Source: Eledone cirrhosa (lineage: Eukaryota). Taken from it: DNA of 64,000 nt. The stretch covers positions 76,570,001 to 76,634,000 of the forward strand of contig OZ024746.1 of the NCBI GenBank assembly GCA_964016885.1, written 5' to 3'. Under the pieces are notes generated by a model, which was not told the origin of the DNA, did no database searches, and worked only from the letters and a program-made list of their open reading frames with translations. The position numbers and the translations under genes are program-made. Below are positions 52,301 through 64,000 of this stretch, one piece after another (the first letter of the stretch is position 1; every line of letters starts with the position of its first letter).

Positions 52301-52633
52301 ACGCAGTAATACAGGGTACCCGACCTCCCATGGGTACATGCTGAAGCATATAAACAATATGCCTCCACTCCCCCCACCGCAAGGTGGTCGTGGAGGTGCC
52401 ACGGCAAAAAAGCACCCAGCGCACACTGTAAAGTGGACGTGTAGGCGCCACGAAAAAGCACCCAGCACTCACTGTAAATGAGGTTGGTGTTAGGAAGGGC
52501 ATCCAGCTGTAGAAATCAAGCCAGATCAGTTCCTATATGAGCAAGGCATGGTCAGCCGACCAGACACTGCCCACAACAGGACAACCCGTCTAACCCATGC
52601 TAGCGTGGAAGAACGGACGTAAAATGATGATGA
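49336..52633 (+). mobile_element. RTE-clade LINE, nearly full length, slightly 5'-truncated, young
   Basis: APE endonuclease motifs (VCCVQETRW, SAYAPQ, AGDFNGHVG, LDFIL), RT (NYRGIKL, FVDLEKAFD, GVHQGSVLSP, LYADD at 51382-51393), C4HC3 finger, RRLRWYGHV, 3' UTR with 48-bp units and (TGA)n tail. Confidence 0.95.
49339..52344 (+). pseudogene. RTE ORF (endonuclease + reverse transcriptase + PHD-like finger) with two lesions
   Basis: Frame breaks near 49507-49520 and ~50011; ORF pieces 49545-50015 and 49990-52344 (784 aa, uninterrupted RT). Confidence 0.9.
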
Positions 52634-53174
52634 ACTTTCTCAATATTAAGCTAGTGCTTGAAGCATAACTTAAAAATACCTACATTGAAAATCTGATGCA
52701 GTGTTTTTCATTAAAAATATGGTAACAAAAGGGTTATAAAACACTAATTAGAAACAGTTTTACTAAGTTTCAAGATTTTATAACCTAGTTATAATTTTTA
52801 ATCATATGCTCAGATATTAAAGTATGCAAGATGGAATCATATTAGATATTGTAAACAAATAAATCTTGAAGGATTATTTACAGTTCATCAGATCGCAGTG
52901 ATGATTAATGTAATGACAATGAAATTCATGCATTACACATTCTTAATTTTCAAATCCAACATTCATGATTTTAATGGTACCCAATGTTCTTTTGCAACCA
53001 CTGCAAAGCATGTAAATAATACACCACTAACACTACCAGTAATATTCTGAAGATTGGGCTGTGAAGTTCTCAAAACAAGAGATTTATGGATTAAGGAACA
53101 CTATTGTTTCAAACCAAACAAAAAACTTTAAAAAAGATGAAAAATCCTTAATAAAAAGTATCAAACTTGAACAC

Positions 53175-55808
53175 AGTCATGTCATGTTCCCTTTCCATGC
53201 TGGTAAGTGGTGAATGAGTTATCATGCTTCAAGGCCAGATGAATTGGAGAAACCAATCTTGTGCATTACATATTCATTACATTCTGTACACCAACCAACT
53301 AACAGGGTGTGCAAGGTGCATTTTTCATGGCAGCATGGGTGTTTTTTTTCTTAACACCAACACTACCACTTTACAGGTGCATTTTATCATGGTATCAACA
53401 ATAACACTTTCCATGGATACTTTTTATCATGGTACAGGCAGTAGAGAGGTTGTCACATGCTAGGTCAACTGGAAAGTCCTCTCCAATTCTATAGTGTCTC
53501 CTTTTGATTTTGATTGCCAAACACTAATCTCTGTTCTATCACCACATTTATTTTAGTGTTGCAGTGCTTGTACTGGTAGATGGGAATTTTGCATTATGAC
53601 ATATCACTAGTTAACTTAATCCTGTGTCATCTCCTTTGTGAAGTTCAGTTTTTTCACAACTTTATCCCAAGTAGTCTTTGGTCTCCCTCTTCCACAGGTT
53701 CCATCCACTTCAAGCACTCAGCACTTTTTATACAACTCTTGCTCTCCTTACACATCATTTGCCCATATGCACCAGCACAATCAGCTTCCTTGCATGCTAT
53801 ATTCAATTCCTCATATACTCAACTTATCTCTCAGTTCACTTGTGCTCAGTGATTCACACAGTGGCATTACACAACCTCTGAAGGATGCATGCCTCATTTC
53901 TTTTTAGCTGCTGCTATTTGCACTCAGAGGCCATATCTAGTTGCCAAGCAGCACTGCAGTTCAAACAACAACATTATATAATCTGTTCTTCCCTTTGATA
54001 GAGGACTGTTTCCAGCAAAGTTAATAGCTTTCTGAACTTCTTCCACCCTGTTCTCACTTTGGCTATAACACTTTCGGTACATCAACCTTCACTACTGAGA
54101 TCTCCTAGATTGCAGAAACTTTCTACAACTTGCAGTGGACCTTCTGAACATTTGAGAGAATTTATTTGAGTATCCTTATTGTTGACTACTCTTGTACATC
54201 TACCACATTTACCCTTCCTGTCAGCCTACCTGTGATCACAATATATTTCTTGTGTATCCATAGACTGGGTACACCATACCGAATTCCTACCCACTCCTTG
54301 TCTACACATTGAGAACAGTCATTTCTCTGATGGTAGCAAAGTCTATCGCTTTTCTTACTAAAACTTTAGTCTTTACTAGGTTTACTTTGAGACTCTTTGA
54401 TTCCAGATTTTGCTTCCATGTCTGGAATTTATTTTCTAATCCTATCAGTTTGGATATGAAGGCTAAATCATCAGCATATAAATCTTGAATTCCTCTGTTA
54501 TAGGAGGGTCTATAACAGGACTAAGCTCGCAGCTTTTGTGGACCCCCACTTGTTCACCAAACTTGACACTATACTCATTGCTGACATCTTGTTGTTTGCA
54601 CCTCTATATATCTTGCACCTCTATCCTGAACCACCTAAGCAACAACAAAATTACATAGCATTACAAAAGCCTTACAAAGGCCTTATCTAGGTTGACAAAT
54701 GCTAGGAGCTTATTCTTAGTTAAATACTTCTGCCGTTATCTAACTAGGAAGATATCATCCATCGGGTTTCTCCCGGCACAAAGCCAAACTGCATCTCATC
54801 AACATTAATTCTATCCCTAATTAATTATGCAATAATACTGACCTTTATAACCTAGTCCAACAGTTTGATGGCTTGGTGATTTCCTCATTCTAGTGCATCT
54901 TTTTAACCTTGTAGCAGTTGACAATGATGCTACTATGCTAGTCATTGGATACGACACCTCCCTTGTGGTGTATTCCACTTGATAATTTAATCATCTCAAC
55001 GAAAGAGCCACCTGTCTTTCCTACCATCATATCTTTAATCGCTTTATTTACTGCACTGTTGTCTACTTCGATGGCTGGTTCCTCAGTTGGGTTTACTTGG
55101 GCTAGACTTCCATTCTCTCATGCATTCTCATTCAACAACCTCTCGTAACACTTTCATGTTTTTTTCCCCAGCAACACTCAGTGAGCCACTAACATTCTGC
55201 ACAATTGTACAAGTTGGTTTTCCCTGATATGCCATCTTGCAATCCAGAACACCTCATGCCTCTGATCCTCACATTTCAGAACATTGGCAAATCTCTTGCT
55301 TTCTGCTTCCCTGTTTGCTACATAAAACTGACATCTAGCTTCCCTTCTAGATACCTGGTATAGTTCCTTGCTACCTCCAGACTTTCTCAACCAGTCTCTT
55401 AGCTTTTATGGCCCTGTCTACAGTACTGTTCCATCACCATATCACCTTTTGTCTGATTAGTACCTTGCCTCGTGCAGACCCCTCTGTAGCTTTCAGTAGG
55501 TTGTCTCCAGTTTTCCTCTATATCATAGGACTAGTTTCTCATCTTCCTTGTGTAGGGCTTCAGTTGATATGTCTCATAATGGTGATTAGCATCTCTAAAG
55601 TCGCTAATCACCATTCTATGTTGGGTGGTGCATTCTTCACTACGGAAGTACTTGGTATTTGCAATTATTCTCTCCAGGAAATGGGAAAGTCTGATAAAGT
55701 CAATTTGGCTTGTGTGTCCACCTAATTGGTAAGTGATCAAGTGGTTGGTAAGTTTCCAGAAGTTGGTGTTGCAAACAGGCCAAGAGCCTTGATCCCTCTT
55801 CATTCCGT
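53175..55808 (-). mobile_element. RTE LINE, degraded older copy
   Basis: CNTNFWKLTNHLITY..SQIDF, EECTTQHR, YADD remnant (tcatcagcata ~54470), 3' UTR 48-bp-like units. Confidence 0.88.
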
Positions 55809-56022
55809 ACTAAGACTGGTGTAACCTGAATGATGTGGAGGCACAATGCTTAGTGGTTAAGATGTTCTGTTTAAGATTGTAAGGTTGTGACTTCTATATC
55901 TTGGTGGCAAATTGTGTCCTTGAGCAAGACAATATATTTCACATTGCTCCACTCTACTGGCAAAAGTGAATTGTACCTGGAATTCAAAGAGCCAGCCTTG
56001 TCACACACTGTCATGCTGAATC

Positions 56023-56859
56023 ATCATCACCGTTTTACGTCCGTTCTTCCACGCTAGCATGGGTTAGACGGGTTGTCCTGTTGTGGGCAGTGTCCAGTCG
56101 GCTGACCTTGTCTTGCTCATACGGGAACTGATTCTGGCTTGATTTCTACAGCTGGATGCCCTTCCTAACACCAACCCCATTTACAGTGAGTGCTGGGTGT
56201 TTTTTTTTCCATGGCGCCTACACGTCCACTTTACAGTGTGGGCTGGGTGCTTTTTTGCCGTGGCACCTCCACGACCACTTTGCAGTGGGAGGGTGTGGGG
56301 ACATATTGTCTAAATGCTTCAGCTTCGGCTTGTACCTGTGGGGGTTCGGGTCTTCTGTATTACTGCGTGACGCCAGAGGTCACGGTCGTGTTTCATCGCC
56401 TTTGAGAGGTGTAATTGGGTAAGGTCAGCTTTTATCACCTCATCCTAGGTCTTCTTGGGTCTCCCCACTCCGCGGTTCCCATCGACTTCTAGTGCTCTGC
56501 ACCTTTTTATGCAGCTGCCATCCTTCATACGCATCACATGTCCATACTAACGCAACCACCTCTCCTGCACACTGCATTTGATTCCTCTTATGCTCAGTCT
56601 CTCTCTCAATTCATTTATGCTTTGCCGTTCGCGTATATTACTATTACACATCCATCGGACCATGCAGGCTTCGTTCTTTCTAATCTACGCAAGTCTTCCA
56701 CAGACAGCGCCCAGGTCTCACTACCATGTAACATTGCTGTTCATATACACGCATCATACAGTCTGCCTTTCATTTTGAGGGAAAAGCCTTTTAAAGCTAG
56801 CAGTGGCAGTAGCTCCCTGAACTTCTTCCATCTCGTTTTTACCCTAGTTATTGTACTTT
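56023..56859 (-). mobile_element. Young 5'-truncated RTE copy inserted in a SINE, 7-bp TSD
   Basis: Reverse complement of 51806-52633 (roughly 90% by eye); TSD CTGAATC at 56016-56022 and 56860-56866. Confidence 0.95.
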
Positions 56860-58096
56860 CTGAATCTCCCTGACAATTACACTAAAGGTACACATGTCTG
56901 CGGAAGGCTCAGTCATGTGCCTATTATTTCACAAGAAGACTTCTGTTGATCAATTAACTGGAATACTCATCAGAGTCAATAAAGGTCCAACAACAACAAT
57001 GATGTGACATACTGGTCTAACCACTATTTATGTGCTTTTAATGAATGAAGTGGTAACAAAGAAATCTACATATTGAGAATTCACATTGCTTTCTAAATGC
57101 ATCAAAGGTTGGATATGCTCATAGGGAACTTTAAAAACAATACGTCTTTTTTGTAAACTTGTACCATCAAAATTTTACACATTTCACACGTTATCCATCA
57201 AAATTTCATTCATATTTCATTACAATATTCAATTTCTTATGACAAAGAATATAAAATAACTGAATGATTATGTAGCCCCTTTATTGATTCAGTAATTCAA
57301 TTTTCTATCTTTGAGAAAAATTACTTTCAATTATGCAGATTCTCAAACAAATATTACTCATTAAACAAATACCATTTGCCATTTGAAAGGAGTATTAAGC
57401 TCAATAAAAATTTCTGAAAACGTACTCATGTATAAATCAGACCTTAATTTTAGTTCATATACACAAGAAACTTCAGTAATCATTTAAAGATTATATGAGC
57501 TTACAATAGTTTTACAAAAAAAATAAATAAAATAAAATAAAAGTTAGTTATTGGCAATGGTTCATGAATTAGTGTAAACTTAAGACACTCATTATCAGAT
57601 GGCCTGAATAACTCTAGCAGGTAATTCAATCTGATTTTGTTAAATATCTTATTGACTACAAAGACCAGTACAAATACTAAATAGACAGCATGACAGCTGG
57701 TCATTTCTGCCTATGTCTCACTGCTTAAGAAAAATATATAAAGAGCATTCAGTGAGGTTTATCTGTGCTCTACACCTCAGTGGTAAGTGTATCACACTTA
57801 AAAATATGTACAAGTTGGCATCAAGAAAGACATCTGACCATAGAGTAATGTCTTTAAAAAAAATAAACACAACCAGCACAGAAAAAGAGCAAATATAAAA
57901 ATGCTTATTTTCATTTATAATTTTAACTTTAATGTTCTATACAATATTAGCACGACATGCATAAAAAGAACAAATCACCACTGATTGCATCGCATTAAAA
58001 AATTTTACTGCAAATGTTTGCAGTGATCTGTCCACTAGTAAAGACATCATAAACACTTGAATTAACAAGCCCGTTTTCAGGTGTTTTCTGCTTTAA

Positions 58097-58300
58097 CCTT
58101 TTAGCATTTACATTACTTTATATTTACTATTGTATTTTTGCAGTAAAGGCTTTATCTCACATAATATCTAATCTATGAGATTTTGATATTATGTTGAGAA
58201 CAATACCTTAATATCAGTATGAGCAGCTGGTTACAGCTGATTTGAACAGAAAGAGGTGAGAGAATTCTGGCTGGATATGGCTTATTTAAATGCTAAAGCG
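58097..58300 (-). mobile_element. piggyBac-type MITE family A (reverse), inserted in a family-B MITE
   Basis: TTAA at 58093-58096 and 58301-58304; reverse-complement body. Confidence 0.85.
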
Positions 58301-59374
58301 TTAATTTAAAAACAATAAAATAAAATTTTATTCTAACAAATTGCTTAACTGAAGCCTGCCATAGAAATTTATTCTCAACACAGTTGACAAAAAATTATTC
58401 AAACGGGCAAATATGTATGCTTAAAACTCATCTACAAATATTGTTTGGGAAATTTTAAAACTTTATACCAAACCACCTCAAACTGCTCCTGGCTGTATGA
58501 TACAAAGCCGTTTCTTTTAAAGCCTTTATATCTCTATATAATAACTTTATGTAAGAACCTTACAAACACAGTCAAGACCAGATGAGGTTTACAATACACA
58601 ACTTCCAACTCACCTACAACACTTCTCTCTAATCTTTATGGGATTGTTTCAATAAGAGAATTACCATTACATCAGTAATGCTTAGTCTCCACTTCCCAGC
58701 TAAGAACTCTCTAAAAAAATACAACTCGAAAATGAAAGTTCTGACAGAGCCAAGGCCTATTTTTCATTTAACAAGACCCCTGACATCTACATATTCATGT
58801 TTATCCTCACAAAGACCTGTTCTATTCAACCTCTGTTAAGGTATGTGGCCTAGTGGTTCCAATGTTAGAATCACAATCATAAGGTTGTGGGTTTGAATCT
58901 TGGATTGGATGGTGTGTTGTGTTTCATTTCATGTTGTTTTTTATGATAGGTCTAGCGCCTTTAACATTAAAACATCCATGAAAATGCTAAGATGCAACTT
59001 CATAGCAGACCAGTTAAACCTACAAAGGTGGGAGTTGGAACAACAATAGACCTGTGACCCTTCTCATTAAAACACTCAAGACCTCAATGTGATATAGCCA
59101 TGTTGGAAGCCAGCTAAACCTACATGAAAGCTGTAAATTTCATTTTCATTTTTTTCTATATACATGAAATACCACACAATGTCAATATTTTTTGTTGTTT
59201 CTCTATCACATCACAATCATCTCCTATATTGCAAATGCAGCTGCACACTAGGTCTACCAACTACACCTTCCCATGCATGCACACATAAGTAAAATAAAAA
59301 AGCAGATTAACAATTGTGCATAACTACCATTTCACTCAGGCAATACAAGAAAACACCACTTCATATTTCACACA

Positions 59375-59892
59375 ACTCATCATTTTACATCTGCTTTTCT
59401 ATGCTTGCATGGGCTGAATAGGTCCTTTTCAGTACAGCACCACTTCACTTCACTCGTTACAATTTGAGATCAGCTCTCACAAGTTCCATCCAGGTCTTCC
59501 TTGGTCTTCTACCATGGCTTCTTTCCAATGGGATTTTTTGGCACTTTTTCACCCAACGATCATTCATGCACATCTCATGCCCATACCAGCACAGTCTTCT
59601 TTCCTGCACAAAACATCTGATTCCTCTTATACTCAGTTTCTCAGTTCATCCATTAACATTGCACATCCATCAAAGCATGCTTGCTTCATTTCTTTCCAGC
59701 CTTCACATATCCTCTGCAGTTATTGCTCATGTTTCACTACCACACATGCATCATACAACCAGCCTTTCAACCAAAAGAGAAACCTTTTGTCAAAAGGAGT
59801 TGACTTCTCCCAACCTGTTTTTATTCTAGCTACTATACTCCTGGAGCACCCACCTCCACTGCTAATTAGGTCACCTAGATAGCAGAAACTAT
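59375..59892 (-). mobile_element. RTE LINE 3' fragment, old
   Basis: FCYLGDLISSGGGCS and QERRLCWYGH remnants plus tail homology. Confidence 0.8.
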
Positions 59893-60109
59893 TAAAATGT
59901 CCATGGATCCAACCTGGGATTGAAACTTGTATATCACTGGCACTGTGTCACAATATCTCAAATGACACCACAAAATAAATAAGTGAATACAACAGCTTTA
60001 GTGATTTTTTTTTGTTTTTCAATGGTGTAACTGTTTCAGTTTTAACACATGGTCTCAGATAAGGTCACCTGCTAAGAAAGTACAATTCCAAGATTTAATA
60101 ACACCCTTA

Positions 60110-60435
60110 TCCATATGCCTATTTGGATAAGGAGTTCACTTCGAAAAGACATAATTTTAGGCTTACTCCCACTGTGGGACACTATCAGTGTCTGCTATCA
60201 TAGCCTTGAGTTGACTAATATCTTGTGAGTAAAATTTGGTTGACAAAAACTACAAGAAGGCCGTCGTTCATTTGTGTGCATTATGTGCTGTTACTTAACA
60301 ATTCAACAAAAAATGTGATCAATAAGATAACTATCAGACTTGAAAAATCAAGTACTAGGGTCAGTATCATCAACTAAATCTCTTTAAGGTGGTGCCCCAG
60401 AATTGCCAGTCTAATGACTGAAACCAGGAAAATAG
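60110..60435 (+). mobile_element. tRNA-derived SINE family 2
   Basis: Homologous to 85-410 and 37590-37975 (tail aaggtggtgccccag..gtctaatgactgaaacca). Confidence 0.75.
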
Positions 60436-61039
60436 CTTCATCTGATTCAGTGTGGAAGCACCAGAAGGTTTGGTCACCAAAAGGTTAACAACCACAATAA
60501 TAAATTCAAAGAACTAACACTGCCAAACACTAAGCAAAATAAATTTAGTTTGTTTTACAATGTCCAATCCTAATTTAATGAGTCACCATTCAAAATAAGT
60601 ACAACTGAATGAAATACATGCAACACTAAAAATAATATTGTTTTCAACTATAAAGTTCTCTTTATAAACTAGGTCTTGCAGACATTCATAAATATTTAAT
60701 GATTCCACATGAATAAAATTCCTAATTGTTCTACAACCATATCAGAGCTACCAAATTAATAGATAACTGTCTCATTATTAAGTTGGAGTTTGAAACATAA
60801 CTTAAAGATTTTTACATAAAATTATGAAAATGTTCTTAGATAAATACAGACACTTTAAAATATAGTTTTGTATTGTAGAACTAAGGGTTCGTTCAGGTAG
60901 GTTGGTATCAAAAGGGTTAATGAGTTATCACTCAAAATAGATAAGACTGAACAAAACATGCAAGATTGTTTTGGACTATAAAGTTCTCTTTATAAACTAA
61001 ATGTTGCAGACATTCATAAATATTTAATAATTTCACATG

Positions 61040-61362
61040 TGAAGATGTATGCATGGCTTAGTGATTAAAGTGTTTGGCGCATGACCACAGGGTTGTATGT
61101 TCCACTCCCAACAACAGTGTCCTTGAGCAAAACATTTTATCTCACATTGCTTCAGTTCACTCAGCTGATAAAATTGTATTGTACCTGTAATTAAAAGAGC
61201 CAGCCTCATCACAGTATCCTACTGAATCTCCCTGAGAACTACGTTAAGGGTACTTGTGTGTGGAATGCTCAACCACTTACAAGTTAATTTTGTGAGCAGG
61301 CTATTCTGTTAATTGTATCTCCTGAAACACTCATTGTTGGAACTGACAGAGGGCCAACAACC
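61040..61362 (+). mobile_element. tRNA-derived SINE family 1 (CORE-like tgtgtccttgagcaa block)
   Basis: A-box-like tggcttagtgatt, decayed B box, conserved body. Other or related copies at ~3815-4070(-), 10255-10500(-), 11680-11905, 13300-13570(-), 24140-24360, 26190-26310(-), 47310-47425(-), 55834-56970 (split), 58840-59040. Confidence 0.8.
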
Positions 61363-61751
61363 ACATATAAAAAAAATCAGTAATTATTCTACTACCAAAA
61401 CAGAGTTATCAAATTAACAAAATAGTTCCAAGTAACCATTTCATTTCAAATTATAACTAATCGCTATCAACCATAGAAGAAAATAAATACAACAGTAACA
61501 AAAGTAGCAGTAGCTTTCAGGACATACCCCTTTGATACCAGCCTGGTCAAAACTACACATTTTAAAAGATTCTTATTTAACCCTTTCAATACCAAACTGC
61601 TTATATTATCTAAAAACTTTGCATCCTAATTTTCTGTAAGAACCTTTATGCTTGAAATACCAGCTTAATAATGAGAAAATTATTTTATTAAATCTTTCCA
61701 AATTCTTATTTTCAATAAGATTTGGAAATCATAGGGAGTATATTTCATTAA

Positions 61752-61970
61752 CCCTTTAGCATTTAAACCGCCCGTATCCGACCAGAATTCTCTCACCTCT
61801 TTCAGTTCAAACAGGGTGCACCTGCCGTTCATACTGACATTATGGTATCGTTCTCAAAATAAATAATATCAAAATCTCATAGATTCGATATTATGTGAGA
61901 TAATTATGTAAGGTAAAGCTTTACCACGAAAATATAATATCAAATATAGAGTAATGGAAATGCTAAAGGG
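61752..61970 (+). mobile_element. piggyBac-type MITE family A
   Basis: TTAA|CCCTTTAGCATTT ... AAATGCTAAAGGG|TTAA; perfect 13-bp TIR; 219 bp. Confidence 0.9.
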
Positions 61971-62192
61971 TTAAGAATATGGCAGGGGTTGGTTTTTCTT
62001 CTATATCTCTTTCTCACTTCTCATTCTCTGGAAGAAATTGGTTGTTTCTAACCTGGAATGTTAAACCATTCAGGACTCCCTCAGCATTCCAACATAATTT
62101 TAAATAAGAACCATATGTTCAGATACTATCTTAGTAAACCCCTAAAAATTCTTCATTAATTGAAATAAAATGTATTTCATTGAAGGGCAAAT

Positions 62193-62212
62193 AGCTTACC
62201 TGAAAGAAAATT
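62193..62212 (-). promoter_or_regulatory. Candidate recursive splice site (ttttctttCAG|GTAAGC)
   Basis: Polypyrimidine tract + CAG immediately followed by a consensus 5' splice site, on the Mint strand, in its putative first intron. Confidence 0.4.
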
Positions 62213-63399
62213 TCAATTTATAATTATCAACAGTAGTTTTCAGAGCATACATTAATTCTATGACAATAGGCTTGGCTAACTTGTAATGTGGCATATAGCC
62301 TGCAAGCTCTAATCAAACAAATCTATCTACAGTCCAGTTGAAATTAATCAAACTGATAATGATTCACTGACTTAACTAACACAATAGATGTGGCACAAGC
62401 CAGCAAGGGAGAGTCTTAATAAGCATTTTTCCTGCTAGAAATAACAGCTAAATTCCCTCAAATCATACCCTATCAATTAAAAAAAGGTGATGTAATATGT
62501 GGTATGTTTTAAGCATTTAATCTTGGCAGAGCCCATTCTTCACTCGGTCTGAACAGAGCTGATTTCTTCCAGACACAAATAAAGAAATGAGCAAGAGGTA
62601 TAACGGAAGAATCGATTCCAGTATATGACTGGTAATTTATTTATAGACCTTGAAAGGATGAAAGTCAAAGTTGACCTCAGCAGGATTTGTTCTTAGAGGG
62701 CAGAAATCTGAAACAAATACCACAAAACATTCTCTGACATTCTAACAACAGTGCCAATTTACTGCCTCGATGTAGTTCTAAATAAAGAAAAAGATATGAT
62801 GGTCATACCTGAAAATATTTTGATCATAGGTCTGTGCAACCAGGGGGCTAAATAAATAGGCGGGCAAACAATTTTTTCACTAGTACAAAGCATTTTTTTT
62901 TAAATATTTATCACCACTATAATTAACTACATAATTGTCCAATGCTAATTAAATTCATAACTTCAAAATACTGTGGAAGCTGAGATGAAACCTTTTTGAT
63001 AACAATAACTGGCTGATATCAAGCAGAGAATATGACAATACCTGAAGCTATGATCAGGGAGATTTCAGTTAGATGATAAAAGAAAAGATTCAGGAATTTC
63101 AGCAATGCATAAAAAAGGAAAGAAAAGAGGTCAATTGTCAGATCAGATGAAGGAAACTCTCAGTATCAACAAGGGAAACAGACACAACTCATAGAAGAAG
63201 GATGCAGGATTTAAAATCAGAAGGCTCAGAGCTCATCAGATACCGCAAAGCGTCCTGTCCGACTCTTTAACAATTCTGCCAATACACTGCCCTTGGACTG
63301 GTGCTTTATTTATCAACTTCAAAAGGATGAAAGGTAAAGCTGATCTCAGTGGGGTTTGAACACAGTAATTTGGAACAAATGCAGAATCATTGAATCCAA

Positions 63400-63680
63400 C
63401 ACTAAGGACCTTGCCAATTTACTGCCTAAAATCACATACAATATTATAACTTTGACACCAGATAGAAAACTTCTATCTAAGCTGATACCAGTCCTGTTGG
63501 AATGGATGCCATATTGGTACAAGACTCCAGAAGCAAATGTCATTATTTTCTATGCATCTGCATCCAAACAAAAGTATTGTCAAACTGAAAAAGAAGACCT
63601 TGCAGTGATATGGGCATGTGAAAATTTTGTATATATCTTTATGGAGGACCAATCAAAATTTTCAGACCCTCAACCATAAT
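63400..63680 (+). mobile_element. Ty3/Gypsy LTR retrotransposon RNase H fragment
   Basis: ADTSPVG..AILVQ, FYAS..KQKYCQTEKEDLAVIWACE, typical of Ty3-type RNase H. Confidence 0.8.
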
Positions 63681-64000
63681 CCAGCACATGTACTGTCACC
63701 TCAACCAATGAAATGAAAACCTGAAATTTGCAGCTCACACCTATGCAGGTTTAGCTGGCCTCCTATGAAATTGCATCTTATACGTGGTTTCTCCTGAGTT
63801 TTAATGTAAAGACCCCAGTCCTATCATGAAAAGCAAGAACACAACACACCACCTAGTTCAGAAATCGAACATACAACATTATGATGATGAGTCAAACACT
63901 TTCACGATACCTATGTAGATTTAGCTGGCCTTCTATGAGGTTGCACCTCATAGGAGGTTCCTTGGATGTTTTAATGATAGAGGTCCCAGTCATATTGAAA

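Noticed and set aside
58605-58630. Other AG|GT juxtapositions on the minus strand (TAG|GTGAGT at ~58616; CAG|GTATGA at ~62808)
   Set aside because: The polypyrimidine tract is missing or weak; compatible with chance.

Overview
AT-rich eukaryotic genomic DNA, very probably from an octopod (coleoid) cephalopod, inferred from its RTE LINE and tRNA-derived SINE repertoire. The only host gene I can support is a minus-strand X11/Mint (APBA1/lin-10-like) synaptic adaptor gene. It has a 1.8-kb exon carrying the start codon (47151-45338; acidic disordered N-terminus ending in a Mint1-type CASK-binding motif EEPIWIKR) and a 104-bp exon (19489-19386) that joins in frame across a 25.8-kb intron. The PTB/PDZ exons and the first exon appear to lie outside the window, so most of it is intron filled with mobile DNA: about 10 copies of a PHD-finger-bearing RTE LINE (one nearly intact), an Expander/Rex3-like RTE with an inverted 5' part, relics of CRE-clade, Penelope-like, mariner, Tigger-like and Ty3/Gypsy elements, at least four TTAA-targeted (piggyBac-type) MITE families, three SINE families and several minisatellites. 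The best leads are a strong recursive-splice-site motif in the putative first intron plus an RS-exon-like start of the big exon, the vertebrate-like CASK-binding module in a mollusc Mint, a twin-priming-like LINE inversion, and inverted LINE pairs that could form ADAR substrates. No prokaryotic-type system or CRISPR is present. All calls are by eye; no database search was run, and repeat boundaries are approximate unless a TSD or TIR is quoted.
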